The notes under the pieces are model-generated. The model made no database searches. It was given only the letters and a program-made list of their open reading frames with translations, and was not told the origin of the DNA. A DNA stretch of 36,595 nt from positions 1 through 36,595 of the forward strand of contig CAZIRH010000001.1 in the NCBI GenBank assembly GCA_964541065.1, given 5' to 3'. Positions 1 through 8,686 of this stretch are shown here, one piece after another. Numbering within the stretch: the stretch's first letter is position 1; every line of letters starts with the position of its first letter. This DNA is from an uncultured Solibacteraceae bacterium (GTDB taxonomy: Bacteria > Acidobacteriota > Terriglobia > Bryobacterales > Bryobacteraceae). The position numbers and the translations under genes are program-made.

Positions 1-1592
1 CTGTCCAGGTTGAAGGTAGGCCAAGCCTTGAAGAACTGGTTCTGCGCGATGATGGACGCCAGGCCCAGCGGCGCCGGGTCAAGCAACTGGCGCGGGTTCG
101 ATTTTGTCTGCCATCGCATCGCGAAGCCGTATCGGAACGAGGCCACCAACGTTGGAGAGAAGGTAACAGTATGGTCGATCCCTAAGTTATCCATAAAGCG
201 GTCGTCCTGACCTATGTCGCTGGTGCCGTCTACCGGCCACGACATCACGCCCGGCATCATGACTTGGGAATCCTGGATGCGCACCAGGTGGCTGTAACGC
301 ACGAAGAAGCGCTGCTTGTCGCTCACGATTTGGTCGATGCGCGCCGTGTAGTTGCGCTGCTTGATGTTCAGCAGGCCGTCAACGGCCCAGTTGTATTTGC
401 CAATCTGGGCCGGCCCGGCCAGGTTGGGCAGCGCGTAAACCTTCACCACGGCGGCGCCCGTCGGGTCCATGCGCGCCGCCGGAAGCTTGTTGTTCGGGAA
501 CTGAGTGCGGGTGGCGCTGGAACCGCTGCCGACCGTGGTCCAGGGGTCGTAGACCTGGAGCAAGCCGGTGCCCAGCGAGTTCAGCGTCTGGGAGAAGTCG
601 CCGTTGCGCTCCAGTTCCGTGGGGACGCGTGCCTGGCGAAACAGGTCGCGCTTGTCGTCGTCGCGTTCGTAGGCCAGGCTGAAGAACGTGCGGTTGCGGC
701 CATGATAGAACTTGGGCAGGTACACTGGACCGCTCACGAAGAAGCCGATCTGGTTGTAGCTTAGCGGGGGCTTGGCCAACCCCAGGCGGTTGTTGCTCCA
801 ACTGTTGGCGTTCAGTGCGGCCCACCGCTTAAAGTCGTAAAGGGTGCCGTGCAGTTGGTTCGTACCGCCGCGCGTGGTGATGCTGATGGCGCCGCCGTTG
901 GAGTGGCCGTAAGCGGCATCGAACATGGTGGTGTGCACCTTCATCTCATCCACCGAATACGCCGTGGGCACGTAGATGATGATGCCGCCGCTGCGCGCGA
1001 TGGTGTTGGGTACGCCGTCCACAATCACCTCGTTATTGCCGCTGGTCCCGCCGCCGCCCGCGATGCTGATGCCCGACTGCCCGTTGCTGGTATAGGTGCC
1101 GCCGGAGGCGTCCACCGCGGCGTCCAATGAGATGTTGTTCAGCACGTTGCGGGTCAGGCTGATGGGCACGTTCTCGATGTAGGCGCGCTCCACCACCTGC
1201 CCGAGCTCGGGGTTGCTGGTATTCAGCGCGCTGGGCGACGCCGTCACGGTCACCGCCTCGGCCGCGGCGGAAACCTCCAGCACGATGTCCAGCGTGGTTT
1301 CGGTGGCCATCGAGACGCGCACGTTTTGGCGCTCGATCTTACGAAACCCGGCGTGCTCGATCAACACCCGGTAATCACCCGGAAGGAGAAAGGGAACGCG
1401 ATAGTTCCCCTGCATGTTGGTTTTGGTGCTGGAGGCCGCATCGGTCTCGGTATTCACCACTTTGACCTGGACATCGGGGACAACCGCGCCCGAACTATCC
1501 GTGATGCGCCCCAGAATGGTTCCCTGGAATTCCTGTCCGAAGACGGCCAGGGTGAGCAGACCGACAGCGAGGACCACTCGCACGCTTCTCAT
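1..1592 (-). CDS. TonB-dependent outer-membrane receptor with N-terminal carboxypeptidase-regulatory-like (CarboxypepD_reg) domain; the C-terminal part lies beyond the left window edge
   Basis: Not in the supplied ORF track. I checked every in-frame triplet by hand: the minus-strand frame starting at ATG 1592..1590 has no tta/cta/tca down to position 3 (530 codons). Translation begins MRSVRVVLAVGLLTLAVFGQEFQGTILGRITDSSGAVVPDVQVKVVNTETD...GNYRVPFLLPGDYRVLIEHAGFRKIERQNV, followed by a plug-like region (VIVDGVPN...GGAISITTRGGTNQ). It is paralogous to the N-terminus of 8687..12004. GGGAGG lies 6 nt upstream of the ATG. Confidence 0.85.
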   Translation of the reverse strand, partial: MRSVRVVLAVGLLTLAVFGQEFQGTILGRITDSSGAVVPDVQVKVVNTETDAASSTKTNMQGNYRVPFLLPGDYRVLIEHAGFRKIERQNVRVSMATETTLDIVLEVSAAAEAVTVTASPSALNTSNPELGQVVERAYIENVPISLTRNVLNNISLDAAVDASGGTYTSNGQSGISIAGGGGTSGNNEVIVDGVPNTIARSGGIIIYVPTAYSVDEMKVHTTMFDAAYGHSNGGAISITTRGGTNQLHGTLYDFKRWAALNANSWSNNRLGLAKPPLSYNQIGFFVSGPVYLPKFYHGRNRTFFSLAYERDDDKRDLFRQARVPTELERNGDFSQTLNSLGTGLLQVYDPWTTVGSGSSATRTQFPNNKLPAARMDPTGAAVVKVYALPNLAGPAQIGKYNWAVDGLLNIKQRNYTARIDQIVSDKQRFFVRYSHLVRIQDSQVMMPGVMSWPVDGTSDIGQDDRFMDNLGIDHTVTFSPTLVASFRYGFAMRWQTKSNPRQLLDPAPLGLASIIAQNQFFKAWPTFNLD

Positions 1593-1862
1593 AGCAGACC
1601 TCCCACTTGGTGTTCTCCGGGATTTCCTTTTTCGGCTCCCGGGCAGATCAAATACACACCCCCCGTGGTCAACCGCGCGTCGCGCTTGCCCTCCCCCAGC
1701 CCGAGCGCCGAACAGGTGGAATAGGCCTCCCGGCCTGTTGGGGGGCACGCGACACACAGGCAGGAATGCCTGTGCCACCTTGGGCCAGCGCAAGACTGGG
1801 GAAGGGCCAGCGCGTCGCGGCTTTCGGCGCCGGAGGGCTTCCGAAACAACTGCTCCTTCGTT

Positions 1863-2708
1863 CTAATACGGAAACGCCTCGGTGAGTTCCGCATCGCTCA
1901 ACTCCTTCAGAAACGCCGCCATGCGTTCCACGAACAGGTCCACCAGCTTGCGGCCCTTCTCCGCCGTGGCGCGGGTCGGGTCGCCCGCGCCGGTGGTGTC
2001 GCTGACGTAGTTCCAGGGCCGCACGAAGGTGATGTAGCCGGCGTTCAGACTCTTGAGCTTCAGCTCCGCCTCCTTCGGCCTGGCGATCCGCTCCATGCGG
2101 ACCTTCTCCGGAAACAACGCCAGCGCCACAGAGGTCTCCGCCTCCGAAGCGTGCGCGCCGGTGACCACGCCGATCTCCGACAGCTTGTCGCGGTAGGTGT
2201 CGGCGACGGACACCAGGGCCACGAAGACCTTGCGGTGCGTGGCGAACAGCTCCCGCAGAGCCGTACCCAGCGTGGATGTGTTGCCGCCGTGCGAGCTGAC
2301 AATCACCACCTTGCGGACACCCTGGCGCTCGAGGCCGTCCACTACGTCCTGGACAAACTGGATCATGGTGGCGGGCCGCAGCGATTGCGCGTAGGGAATC
2401 GCGACTACGTTTGTGTTCACGCCGTACGGCAGGGCCGGCAGCACCACGGTCTTGGCGCCCAGTTGGTTGGCCCGGAAGGCGGCGCGCGCGGCCATTGCCG
2501 CGGCCGTGAAGGCGTCGCAGCCATAAGGCAAATGGTTGGCGTGCGGTTCGGTGGAGCCGATCGGAAGCACGGCTACGCGGATCTCACGCGTCTTCGCGTC
2601 CGGGTGAATCAAGTTTTCGAGCTGCACGCTGGAAAGGTCCTGCGCGAGGGCGGGCCAGGCCGCCAGCAGCAGGCCGGCTGCCCAGCATGTCATCCGAAGT
2701 ACGCTCAT
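1863..2708 (-). CDS. Creatininase-family (creatinine amidohydrolase / ArfB / MftE fold) amidohydrolase with a predicted signal peptide
   Basis: 281-aa ORF. Family motifs are LPIGSTEPHANHLPYGCD, SSHGGN and GAHASEAETS. The N-terminus MSVLRMTCWAAGLLLAAWPALA|QD looks like a Sec signal. GGAGG lies 8 nt upstream of ATG 2708 and overlaps the upstream stop codon. Confidence 0.85.
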   Translation of the reverse strand: MSVLRMTCWAAGLLLAAWPALAQDLSSVQLENLIHPDAKTREIRVAVLPIGSTEPHANHLPYGCDAFTAAAMAARAAFRANQLGAKTVVLPALPYGVNTNVVAIPYAQSLRPATMIQFVQDVVDGLERQGVRKVVIVSSHGGNTSTLGTALRELFATHRKVFVALVSVADTYRDKLSEIGVVTGAHASEAETSVALALFPEKVRMERIARPKEAELKLKSLNAGYITFVRPWNYVSDTTGAGDPTRATAEKGRKLVDLFVERMAAFLKELSDAELTEAFPY

Positions 2709-2720
2709 TTGCGTCCCTCC

Positions 2721-3980
2721 TCAGGGGAGATACAAGAACAGGTGCGAGCGGCGCTCGCTTTCGCCGATGTAAATGGCGCCGTCGGCGCCAGTTGCCATGC
2801 TATCGAATTGGTAGCCGCGCCAGGAGTAGTGCGGGCTGCGGTCCACGGCGACGATGCCCAGGTCGCGGAACCCGCCGCCCTGGGGGTCGAAAGAGAAGAG
2901 GCGGCAGGGCTCGAAGCGCTCTCCGGCGATCATGTACAGGCGCCCGTCCTGCCCGAGCGTGAGCGCGCGCAGGCGTCTCGAGACGCGCGGCTTGCCCAGG
3001 GTGACCAGCTTCCGCGCGGTCGGGTCGAAGGAGAACAGAACGCCGTCGGACGAACCCCCGTAGATCAGCCCCTTCGCGTCCTGGGCGAAGCACTCCGCCA
3101 CGGGATGCCCGGTGTAGGCCTGCACCGGGTAGTATTCGCCGGGGATCTTGAGGCCGGTGGATACGATCTTGTCTTCCCTGGGTTCGTAGAAGACCAGCAG
3201 CCCGTCTTCGCCGGAGGTGTATACACGGCCCGCATCACCGACGATCAGGGCCCGCGGCAGGCTGCGCCAGTCGCGCTCGGGGCCGTGGAAGACGACCCGG
3301 CGGTCCAGTTCCCCCAGGTCGCGGAAGCGCCGCTCGGCGATGCGGTACTCGAAGAGGCGACCGTCGGGATAGGAGACGCCGTAGATGATTCCCGCCGGCG
3401 GGCTGATCGCCAGCGCGTAGATGCCGTTATTCGGCACCGCGATGCCGAGGTCCTCGAGCGGGCAGGCGTCCTCGGGCAACAGTACCTGCGGGTCGCCCGC
3501 GGCCGGATCGTAGCGGTACAGATGCCCGCCGGCGTACCCCCGGTAGGGTTTCTTCACGTCCTCCCAGAGGGCGTTCGAGATGCTGTCCCGCGCATTGGGG
3601 ATGTTGCGGGTGAGTGCGAGGGGGCGCAGCACGTTGAGCCCGGTTCCGAGGTAGAGCAACCCCCGCGCGTCTTGCACCAGAGAGTGATGGATGCCTGGCT
3701 GCGCCTTGATCCTGCCCAGGTGCCGGACCTTGTTGATGGCCGGATCGTAGACGAACAGGTAGGCCTCTTCGCCGCTAGTGCCGCCGTAGATCTTGCCGCT
3801 GGCGGCTGCCACCAGCGACGTGATGGCGCTGGAATTCGCCGGGATCTGGTTGACCTCGGGGTAGCCCAGCTCGCGCAGGTCGATCCGGTGTGCCTCCACG
3901 TTGGGGTTGACCCAGTGTTGCCCGCCGAGCGTGGCCGCGCCAGCCAGAATGACGGCGCCGATCCAGGGCAGGAGCCTCAT
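2721..3980 (-). CDS. Exported beta-propeller-like repeat protein of unknown function (paralog of 3977..5305)
   Basis: Track ORF 2721..3998 starts at a GTG. I prefer ATG 3980, which has GGAGGG 8 nt upstream and forms an ATGA overlap with the upstream stop at 3977-3979. The N-terminus is MRLLPWIGAVILAGAATLGG. Repeated blade-like segments include KIYGGTSGEEAYLFVYDP, GIIYGVSYPDGRLFEY, GRVYTSGEDGLLVFYEP, GLIYGGSSDGVLFSFDP, GRLYMIAGE..RLFSFDP and GAIYIGESERRSHLFLY. Confidence 0.75.
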   Translation of the reverse strand: MRLLPWIGAVILAGAATLGGQHWVNPNVEAHRIDLRELGYPEVNQIPANSSAITSLVAAASGKIYGGTSGEEAYLFVYDPAINKVRHLGRIKAQPGIHHSLVQDARGLLYLGTGLNVLRPLALTRNIPNARDSISNALWEDVKKPYRGYAGGHLYRYDPAAGDPQVLLPEDACPLEDLGIAVPNNGIYALAISPPAGIIYGVSYPDGRLFEYRIAERRFRDLGELDRRVVFHGPERDWRSLPRALIVGDAGRVYTSGEDGLLVFYEPREDKIVSTGLKIPGEYYPVQAYTGHPVAECFAQDAKGLIYGGSSDGVLFSFDPTARKLVTLGKPRVSRRLRALTLGQDGRLYMIAGERFEPCRLFSFDPQGGGFRDLGIVAVDRSPHYSWRGYQFDSMATGADGAIYIGESERRSHLFLYLP

Positions 3981-5305
3981 CTGGACGGCCCTCCGCACTT
4001 CACTCCCGGCTGGTAGAGCAGCAGTCGCAGGGCGAACGGGTGCGCGCCGGCCACTTTGCCGGCGGCCTTGGCGGGGTCGTTCTCCTCGACCGCCGCGCCC
4101 AGGTATATCGTTCCGTCTGCCCCCGCCGCGGCGCCGCCGCAGCCGAAGACGTGCCGCCCGTCGGCGGTCCGGAGCACGCCCAGGTTCTCGCGCCGGCCCG
4201 ACTTGAGGTCGTAGACGATCAACTCGGAATAGGGAGGCGACTTGACCCCGCGGGCCTGTGCCAGGCGCGCGGCCTCCAGCCGGGCTTCATAGTCGAAGTC
4301 CAGCCCCGCCGGCGCGTAGTAGATCTTGCGGTCCCGGCTGATGGTGAACGCCAGCGTCGAATAGGGAACGTCCTTGCGGTGCGAGTTGTAGAAGCGTTCG
4401 GCGGAAAGCCGGGCCAGTGTGGTGACCTTGCCCTCGGGGCCGTTCTTGGGATCGTACTTGAAGAGAATCGAGCTGCCGCCGTCGAGGCCGTAGATGACGC
4501 GATCGATGGGGTCCCACTCGACCACGCGCCAGATGGCCTTGCGGTCGAGCATGGGGTTGGAGAGCCGGCGCGGATACACCAGCGGATCGTACGGAATCTG
4601 CACCGAGAGATCGTAGACCAACTCGGTGGCGGCGTCGTATTTCCAGATGCGCGCCTTGGGGTAGCAGCCGTAGACGTTGCCGCTATCGTCGGCGGCGATG
4701 TGGCGCAGATCGTCCCAGTTGTCCACGCGGCCCAGATCGCGCGTGACGCCGGCTGAGATGTCGTAGCGATAGAGGTGGCCGTCCCAGGCGGTGGCGAAGA
4801 GGTGGTTGCGTCGCTGGTCGATGGCCAGGCCGTAGATGCCCCACCGCCGGTTGATCAGGCCGAGGTTCTCCAGCTTGTCCGTCTTAGGGTCGTAGCGGAT
4901 CCAATGCGGCCCCTCCCAGCTAGAGGGGTCGATGTTGGGAGGACCCGAGTCTTCGCACATGGTCCCGAAGTAGATGCGGCCTTCGCGATCCTCGACGAAA
5001 CGGGTGTGAATCTTGCCGGCGGTGCGGATGCCCTGGCCGGTCTGGCCGAGGAACTCCGCCAGATCGGCGATGTGCCGCATGCGATCCGTGCGCGGGTCGT
5101 ACTGATAGAACTGGCTGGAGCCCGCGTGGGTGCACAGCCCAGCGTACACCCGGTCGTCGCGCGCCGTGTAGAGTGCGCTGAACATCTGGGTCTCTTTGTG
5201 GTTGCCGGGGAACTCGCGGCTGTCCGCACAGGCGCGCCTGTCCTGCGCCGCCACTGCCACAGCCAGCCAGAGATGAAACACGGCCGCCCGTCTCGCGATT
5301 CTCAT
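3977..5305 (-). CDS. Exported beta-propeller-like repeat protein of unknown function (paralog of 2721..3980)
   Basis: Track ORF 3977..5926 runs upstream into the GH51 gene. The real start is probably ATG 5305, an ATGA overlap with the GH51 stop at 5302-5304. That gives MRIARRAAVFHLWLAVAVAAQD (signal-like). Repeats include RVYAGLCTHAGSSQFYQYDP, GRIYFGT...HWIRYDP, HLFATAWDGHLYRYD, NVYGCYPKARIWKYD, VIYGLDGGSSILFKYDP and GTIYLGAAV. Confidence 0.75.
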   Translation of the reverse strand: MRIARRAAVFHLWLAVAVAAQDRRACADSREFPGNHKETQMFSALYTARDDRVYAGLCTHAGSSQFYQYDPRTDRMRHIADLAEFLGQTGQGIRTAGKIHTRFVEDREGRIYFGTMCEDSGPPNIDPSSWEGPHWIRYDPKTDKLENLGLINRRWGIYGLAIDQRRNHLFATAWDGHLYRYDISAGVTRDLGRVDNWDDLRHIAADDSGNVYGCYPKARIWKYDAATELVYDLSVQIPYDPLVYPRRLSNPMLDRKAIWRVVEWDPIDRVIYGLDGGSSILFKYDPKNGPEGKVTTLARLSAERFYNSHRKDVPYSTLAFTISRDRKIYYAPAGLDFDYEARLEAARLAQARGVKSPPYSELIVYDLKSGRRENLGVLRTADGRHVFGCGGAAAGADGTIYLGAAVEENDPAKAAGKVAGAHPFALRLLLYQPGVKCGGPSR

Positions 5306-7347
5306 TGCCGGTAAAGCTCCAGGATGGTCACGGAATGCGGGGGGAACTGGAACGTCCATGCCGCCGCGACGCCCTCCAGCCCGCGTTCCAGGATCTTCAC
5401 CTTCTCCGGCTCGGCAAAGGTGTTTTCCGTCATGTAGTGCTCGGCCTCGATCCAGAGGACCTTGCCGGCGGGCCTGGGCGTCCAGCCCTCGAGGTGGATC
5501 TTCGCGGCCACCGGCTGCGCGTCGTGCAGGTTGATCACCGCCAGGTAGAGAGCGCTGCCGTCGTCGCTGACAGTGGCCGAAGCATCCAGGTACGGAATGC
5601 GGCCGATGGCCTGGGGCCGGCCCTCCTCGTACGCGGGGGCGGGGAAGCTCGGGGCCTGGACCTCCGCGGCAGCCAGCACCGGCCCCTGGTGGTTCATGTA
5701 CAGCTTGAAGGCCAGGTACTGGGGATTGAAGAAGAAGCCGAAACGGTTCACGCGCATCAGCCCCAGCGAGTTCACGGTCATGGCGAAGCTGGCCAGTTTC
5801 AGGGCTTGGTGCTGGCGGCGGAAGGCGTGCAGCACGCCCGCGGCGTAAAGGCCATCGCGGGCCGCGAATTCCACCTCGTGGTCGCCGTAACCCACATTCG
5901 ACGCGCGGTAGGCCCACGCGTTCCACTCATCGAAGGCGATGGGGATGGCCGGACCGTCGGGCAGCGCCGCCCGGACCTGCTCCGCCGTCCGGACGATCTG
6001 TTCTTCGATGCCGTAGGGCGCCGAGACGATGTAGTAGTAGAACTCCCGAGCGAAGGCGGGGTCTTTCAGGTCGTCCTTCTTCATGGTGCGGCGGTACTTG
6101 CGGGCGTAGGAGTGGAGGGAGAGGTAGTCGAAGTGCCCCCGGGCCATCTCCAGCAGCGCTTGGTTCCACCGCGGGTAGAACCAGGATCTCCCCCCGCAGG
6201 CCACCAGCTTGATATCCGGATCCACCGCGCGCATGGCTTGGGCGAAGGCCACCACGCGGTGCGCGTGCGTCTCCTCGTCCACGTGGCCGCCCTGCCAGTC
6301 GCCGAACAACTCGTTGCCGATGCCCCACAGCCTGATGCCGTACGGCGCGAGATGCCCATTGGCCGCGCGCTTCGCGCCGTACGGCGAGCCGGAAGCGCCG
6401 TTGCAGTACTCGACCCAGTGAGCCGCTTCCTCCGGCGTGCCGTCGCCCGCGTTCACCGCCAGGTAGGGCTCGGCGCCGGTGAGCCGGCACAGGTCAATGA
6501 ACTCATCGATGCCGACGTCGTTGGGCTCCCAGAACAAACCTTCCTGTTCGATCGCGCGGGACAGGCTCAGCCTCGCCGGCCGCCGGTCGCGGTCGCCGAT
6601 CCCGTCCTCCCAGCGGTAATAGGAGACGAAGTTGCCGCCCGGCCAGCGGATATGAGGCGGCTTGATCTGCCGGAGGGCCTCGATGACGTCCCTTCTGTAC
6701 CCTGCCAGGTGGTCCTCGGGCATCAGCGAGGCCGTCCCCAGCCACAGAGCTCCCGGCCCGGAGAACTTCACGGTGAAGGCGGCGTCGCGGTCAGTCTCCG
6801 GCGATCGCAGCGTGAAAGCGAAACGCTGCCAGATGCCTTGGGGCACCTCCAGCCGATGGCTGGCGAGGACGCCCTTCTGGCCCTCCAGAGCGACCGTCAC
6901 GGGCGCGCTCAGGCCCTGGTGGCGGAGGTTGAGGCGAACCTGGTAGCCCTTGCCTTTTTCGACGTACAGCCCGGGCTGCGTCAGGCCGGTTTGGTGCGGC
7001 GCCGGTTCCTGGCTGACGATCTTCTGCGACTGCCGGCCCGAGTAGGACACGGTGTTGTCGTGCAGGAAGTGCGTCTTGGGGGTGCGGCCCACGCAGCGCC
7101 AGGGGCGGACCACGCCGTAGTCGCTGTCGGTGTCCCGGCGCTCGAACTTGCGCGTCTCCAGCATCTCGGCCCACAGGCCGCCGTTGAAGACGCGGAAGCA
7201 CAGTTCGGCGAAGTGCCCGTAGATGTTGGGGTCGATGCGGGCCACGCGGACCTGCGGGCGGACGGTGATGGTGGCATCTGGCGCCACCCCGGCCCACGGA
7301 GCTGCCGGGGCCACCAACAGCAGGAGCGTCCATTCGCGCCGTAACAT
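5302..7347 (-). CDS. Glycoside hydrolase family 51 (alpha-L-arabinofuranosidase-like) with an N-terminal beta-sandwich/CBM-like extension; exported
   Basis: Strong GH51 core: IRWPGGNFVSYYRWEDGIGDRDRRP, WGIGNE (acid/base Glu context), IAFDEWNAW (nucleophile Glu context), plus a C-terminal beta-sandwich. Start is ATG 7347 (GAGGGG 10 nt upstream, MLRREWTLLLLVAPAAPWAG). The alternative GTG 7365 would give a GTGA overlap with the upstream stop. Confidence 0.9.
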   Translation of the reverse strand: MLRREWTLLLLVAPAAPWAGVAPDATITVRPQVRVARIDPNIYGHFAELCFRVFNGGLWAEMLETRKFERRDTDSDYGVVRPWRCVGRTPKTHFLHDNTVSYSGRQSQKIVSQEPAPHQTGLTQPGLYVEKGKGYQVRLNLRHQGLSAPVTVALEGQKGVLASHRLEVPQGIWQRFAFTLRSPETDRDAAFTVKFSGPGALWLGTASLMPEDHLAGYRRDVIEALRQIKPPHIRWPGGNFVSYYRWEDGIGDRDRRPARLSLSRAIEQEGLFWEPNDVGIDEFIDLCRLTGAEPYLAVNAGDGTPEEAAHWVEYCNGASGSPYGAKRAANGHLAPYGIRLWGIGNELFGDWQGGHVDEETHAHRVVAFAQAMRAVDPDIKLVACGGRSWFYPRWNQALLEMARGHFDYLSLHSYARKYRRTMKKDDLKDPAFAREFYYYIVSAPYGIEEQIVRTAEQVRAALPDGPAIPIAFDEWNAWAYRASNVGYGDHEVEFAARDGLYAAGVLHAFRRQHQALKLASFAMTVNSLGLMRVNRFGFFFNPQYLAFKLYMNHQGPVLAAAEVQAPSFPAPAYEEGRPQAIGRIPYLDASATVSDDGSALYLAVINLHDAQPVAAKIHLEGWTPRPAGKVLWIEAEHYMTENTFAEPEKVKILERGLEGVAAAWTFQFPPHSVTILELYRQ

Positions 7348-7361
7348 CGCTCGCGCGCCCC

Positions 7362-8678
7362 TCACACCTGTTCCGGCACCACGTACGGCGCGCGGTAGGT
7401 GCGCCTGAGCAACTGGTTGGCTTGCTCGTCGCCGGGGAAGGTTTCGCCGGCTGGATCGAACTCCAGGCGCCTCCCCGTTCGGTAGGCGATGTTGGCCAGG
7501 TGGGCCAAAGCAGTGGACAGGTGGCCTTCGGCGATGTCCGCGGTGAGGTCGGTGTGCTTGCGGCTGCGCATGGCGCGGAGGAAGTTGCGGAAGTGATCGA
7601 GGTTGGTGCCGGGATCGCGCAGGCTCTCGCCCTTGGGGCCGGGCTTGTGCTGGCGGCCCAGAAAGGTGTGGTAGCTGCTGTAGTCGGGCATCACCATGTA
7701 ACCCTCCGACCCGTAGAAGATCACCCCCACCACGTTGTCGCGGCCGCGCGTGGGATACAGTTCGCCAATGCCCGCCTCGAAGTTGGTGATCCAGGGGCGG
7801 ACGTCGAACTGTAGCAGCAGCTTCCGCCCTTCATACTGGAAGGAGGCCACCTGGGTGTTGGGCGTCTCCTGGTCGGCGTCGTGCAGGTAGTGGCCGCCCA
7901 TGGACTGGATGCGCGTCGGGTGCGTGTTCAGTCCCAGGCCCCAGCGCATGATGTCCAGTTGGTGCACACCCTGGTTGCCGATCTCGCCGTTGCCGTAGTC
8001 CCACAAGTAGTGCCAGTACATGTGGAAGCGCTGGCGCGCGAACGGCTTCATAGGGGCCGGCCCCACCCAGAGGTCGTAGTGCACCCCCGCCGGCACGGGT
8101 TCTTCCTTGATGCGCCCGATGCTGCCGCGCCACTTGTAAGCCATGCCGCGCGCCATGTAGAGCTCGCCAATCACGCCCTGTCGCAGCCGCTCCATGCCCT
8201 CGTGCATGGCGGGGTTGCTGCGCGACTGCGTGCCGTGCTGGACGATGCGGTTGTACTTCCGCGCCGCCTGGATCAGCTTGCGGCCCTCCCAGATGGTGTG
8301 GGCGGCGGGCTTCTCCAGGTACACGTCTTTGCCCGCCTGGCAGGCCCAGATGGCGCCCAGGGCGTGCCAGTGGTTGGGCGTCGAGTAGGAGATGGCGTCG
8401 ATCGAGGGGTCCTCCAGCAGCTTGCGGAGGTCCACCGCCAGCCGGACTTTGCGCCCGGCCAGCTTCTCGTAGTAGGCCGCGCTCTCCTGGAGCACCGACT
8501 CGTCGATGTCGCACAGTGCGGCCACCTCCACGTTGGCCTCCCGGGCCAATTCATGGTAGCAGCGGATGTGATCCTGGCCGCGCCGCTTCAAGCCCACCAC
8601 GGCCACACGGATGCGGTCGTTGGCGCCGAGCACCGAAGCGGTGCCAACGAAGCCGAGGAACTGGCGCCGTGTCTGCAT
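7362..8678 (-). CDS. Gfo/Idh/MocA-family NAD(P)-dependent oxidoreductase with a twin-arginine (TAT) signal
   Basis: Track ORF 7362..9251 is over-extended into the TonB receptor gene. ATG 8678 gives MQTRRQFLGFVGTASVLGA (TAT motif), followed by the Rossmann segment IRVAVVGLKRRGQDH and EKP...H family hallmarks (VYLEKPAAH). It starts 8 nt after the stop of 8687..12004. Confidence 0.88.
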   Translation of the reverse strand: MQTRRQFLGFVGTASVLGANDRIRVAVVGLKRRGQDHIRCYHELAREANVEVAALCDIDESVLQESAAYYEKLAGRKVRLAVDLRKLLEDPSIDAISYSTPNHWHALGAIWACQAGKDVYLEKPAAHTIWEGRKLIQAARKYNRIVQHGTQSRSNPAMHEGMERLRQGVIGELYMARGMAYKWRGSIGRIKEEPVPAGVHYDLWVGPAPMKPFARQRFHMYWHYLWDYGNGEIGNQGVHQLDIMRWGLGLNTHPTRIQSMGGHYLHDADQETPNTQVASFQYEGRKLLLQFDVRPWITNFEAGIGELYPTRGRDNVVGVIFYGSEGYMVMPDYSSYHTFLGRQHKPGPKGESLRDPGTNLDHFRNFLRAMRSRKHTDLTADIAEGHLSTALAHLANIAYRTGRRLEFDPAGETFPGDEQANQLLRRTYRAPYVVPEQV

Positions 8679-8686
8679 GAGCGGGA

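Noticed and set aside
2151-4016. 621-aa plus-strand ORF, and similar long ORFs at 5305..7344 (+), 7881..9287 (+), 10316..11512 (+), 14539..16158 (-), 16219..17472 (-), 20751..21986 (+), 23104..24999 (-), 27299..28291 (+) and 33707..35347 (+)
   Set aside because: All lie antisense to genes with strong family signatures. Their translations are Arg/Ala/Gly/Pro-rich low-complexity sequence with no motifs. This is the expected shadow-ORF artefact of high GC3 bias.
3977-5926. N-terminal extensions of track ORFs: 3977..5926, 7362..9251, 8687..12367, 12123..13580, 12854..14629, 14662..17148, 18914..20569, 20403..22037, 22210..23088 and 30074..31159
   Set aside because: The extensions overlap the preceding gene and translate to Arg/Pro/Gly-rich junk. 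They sit upstream of internal starts that give clean signal or TAT peptides, SD sequences or 4-nt start/stop overlaps. I therefore shortened the calls.
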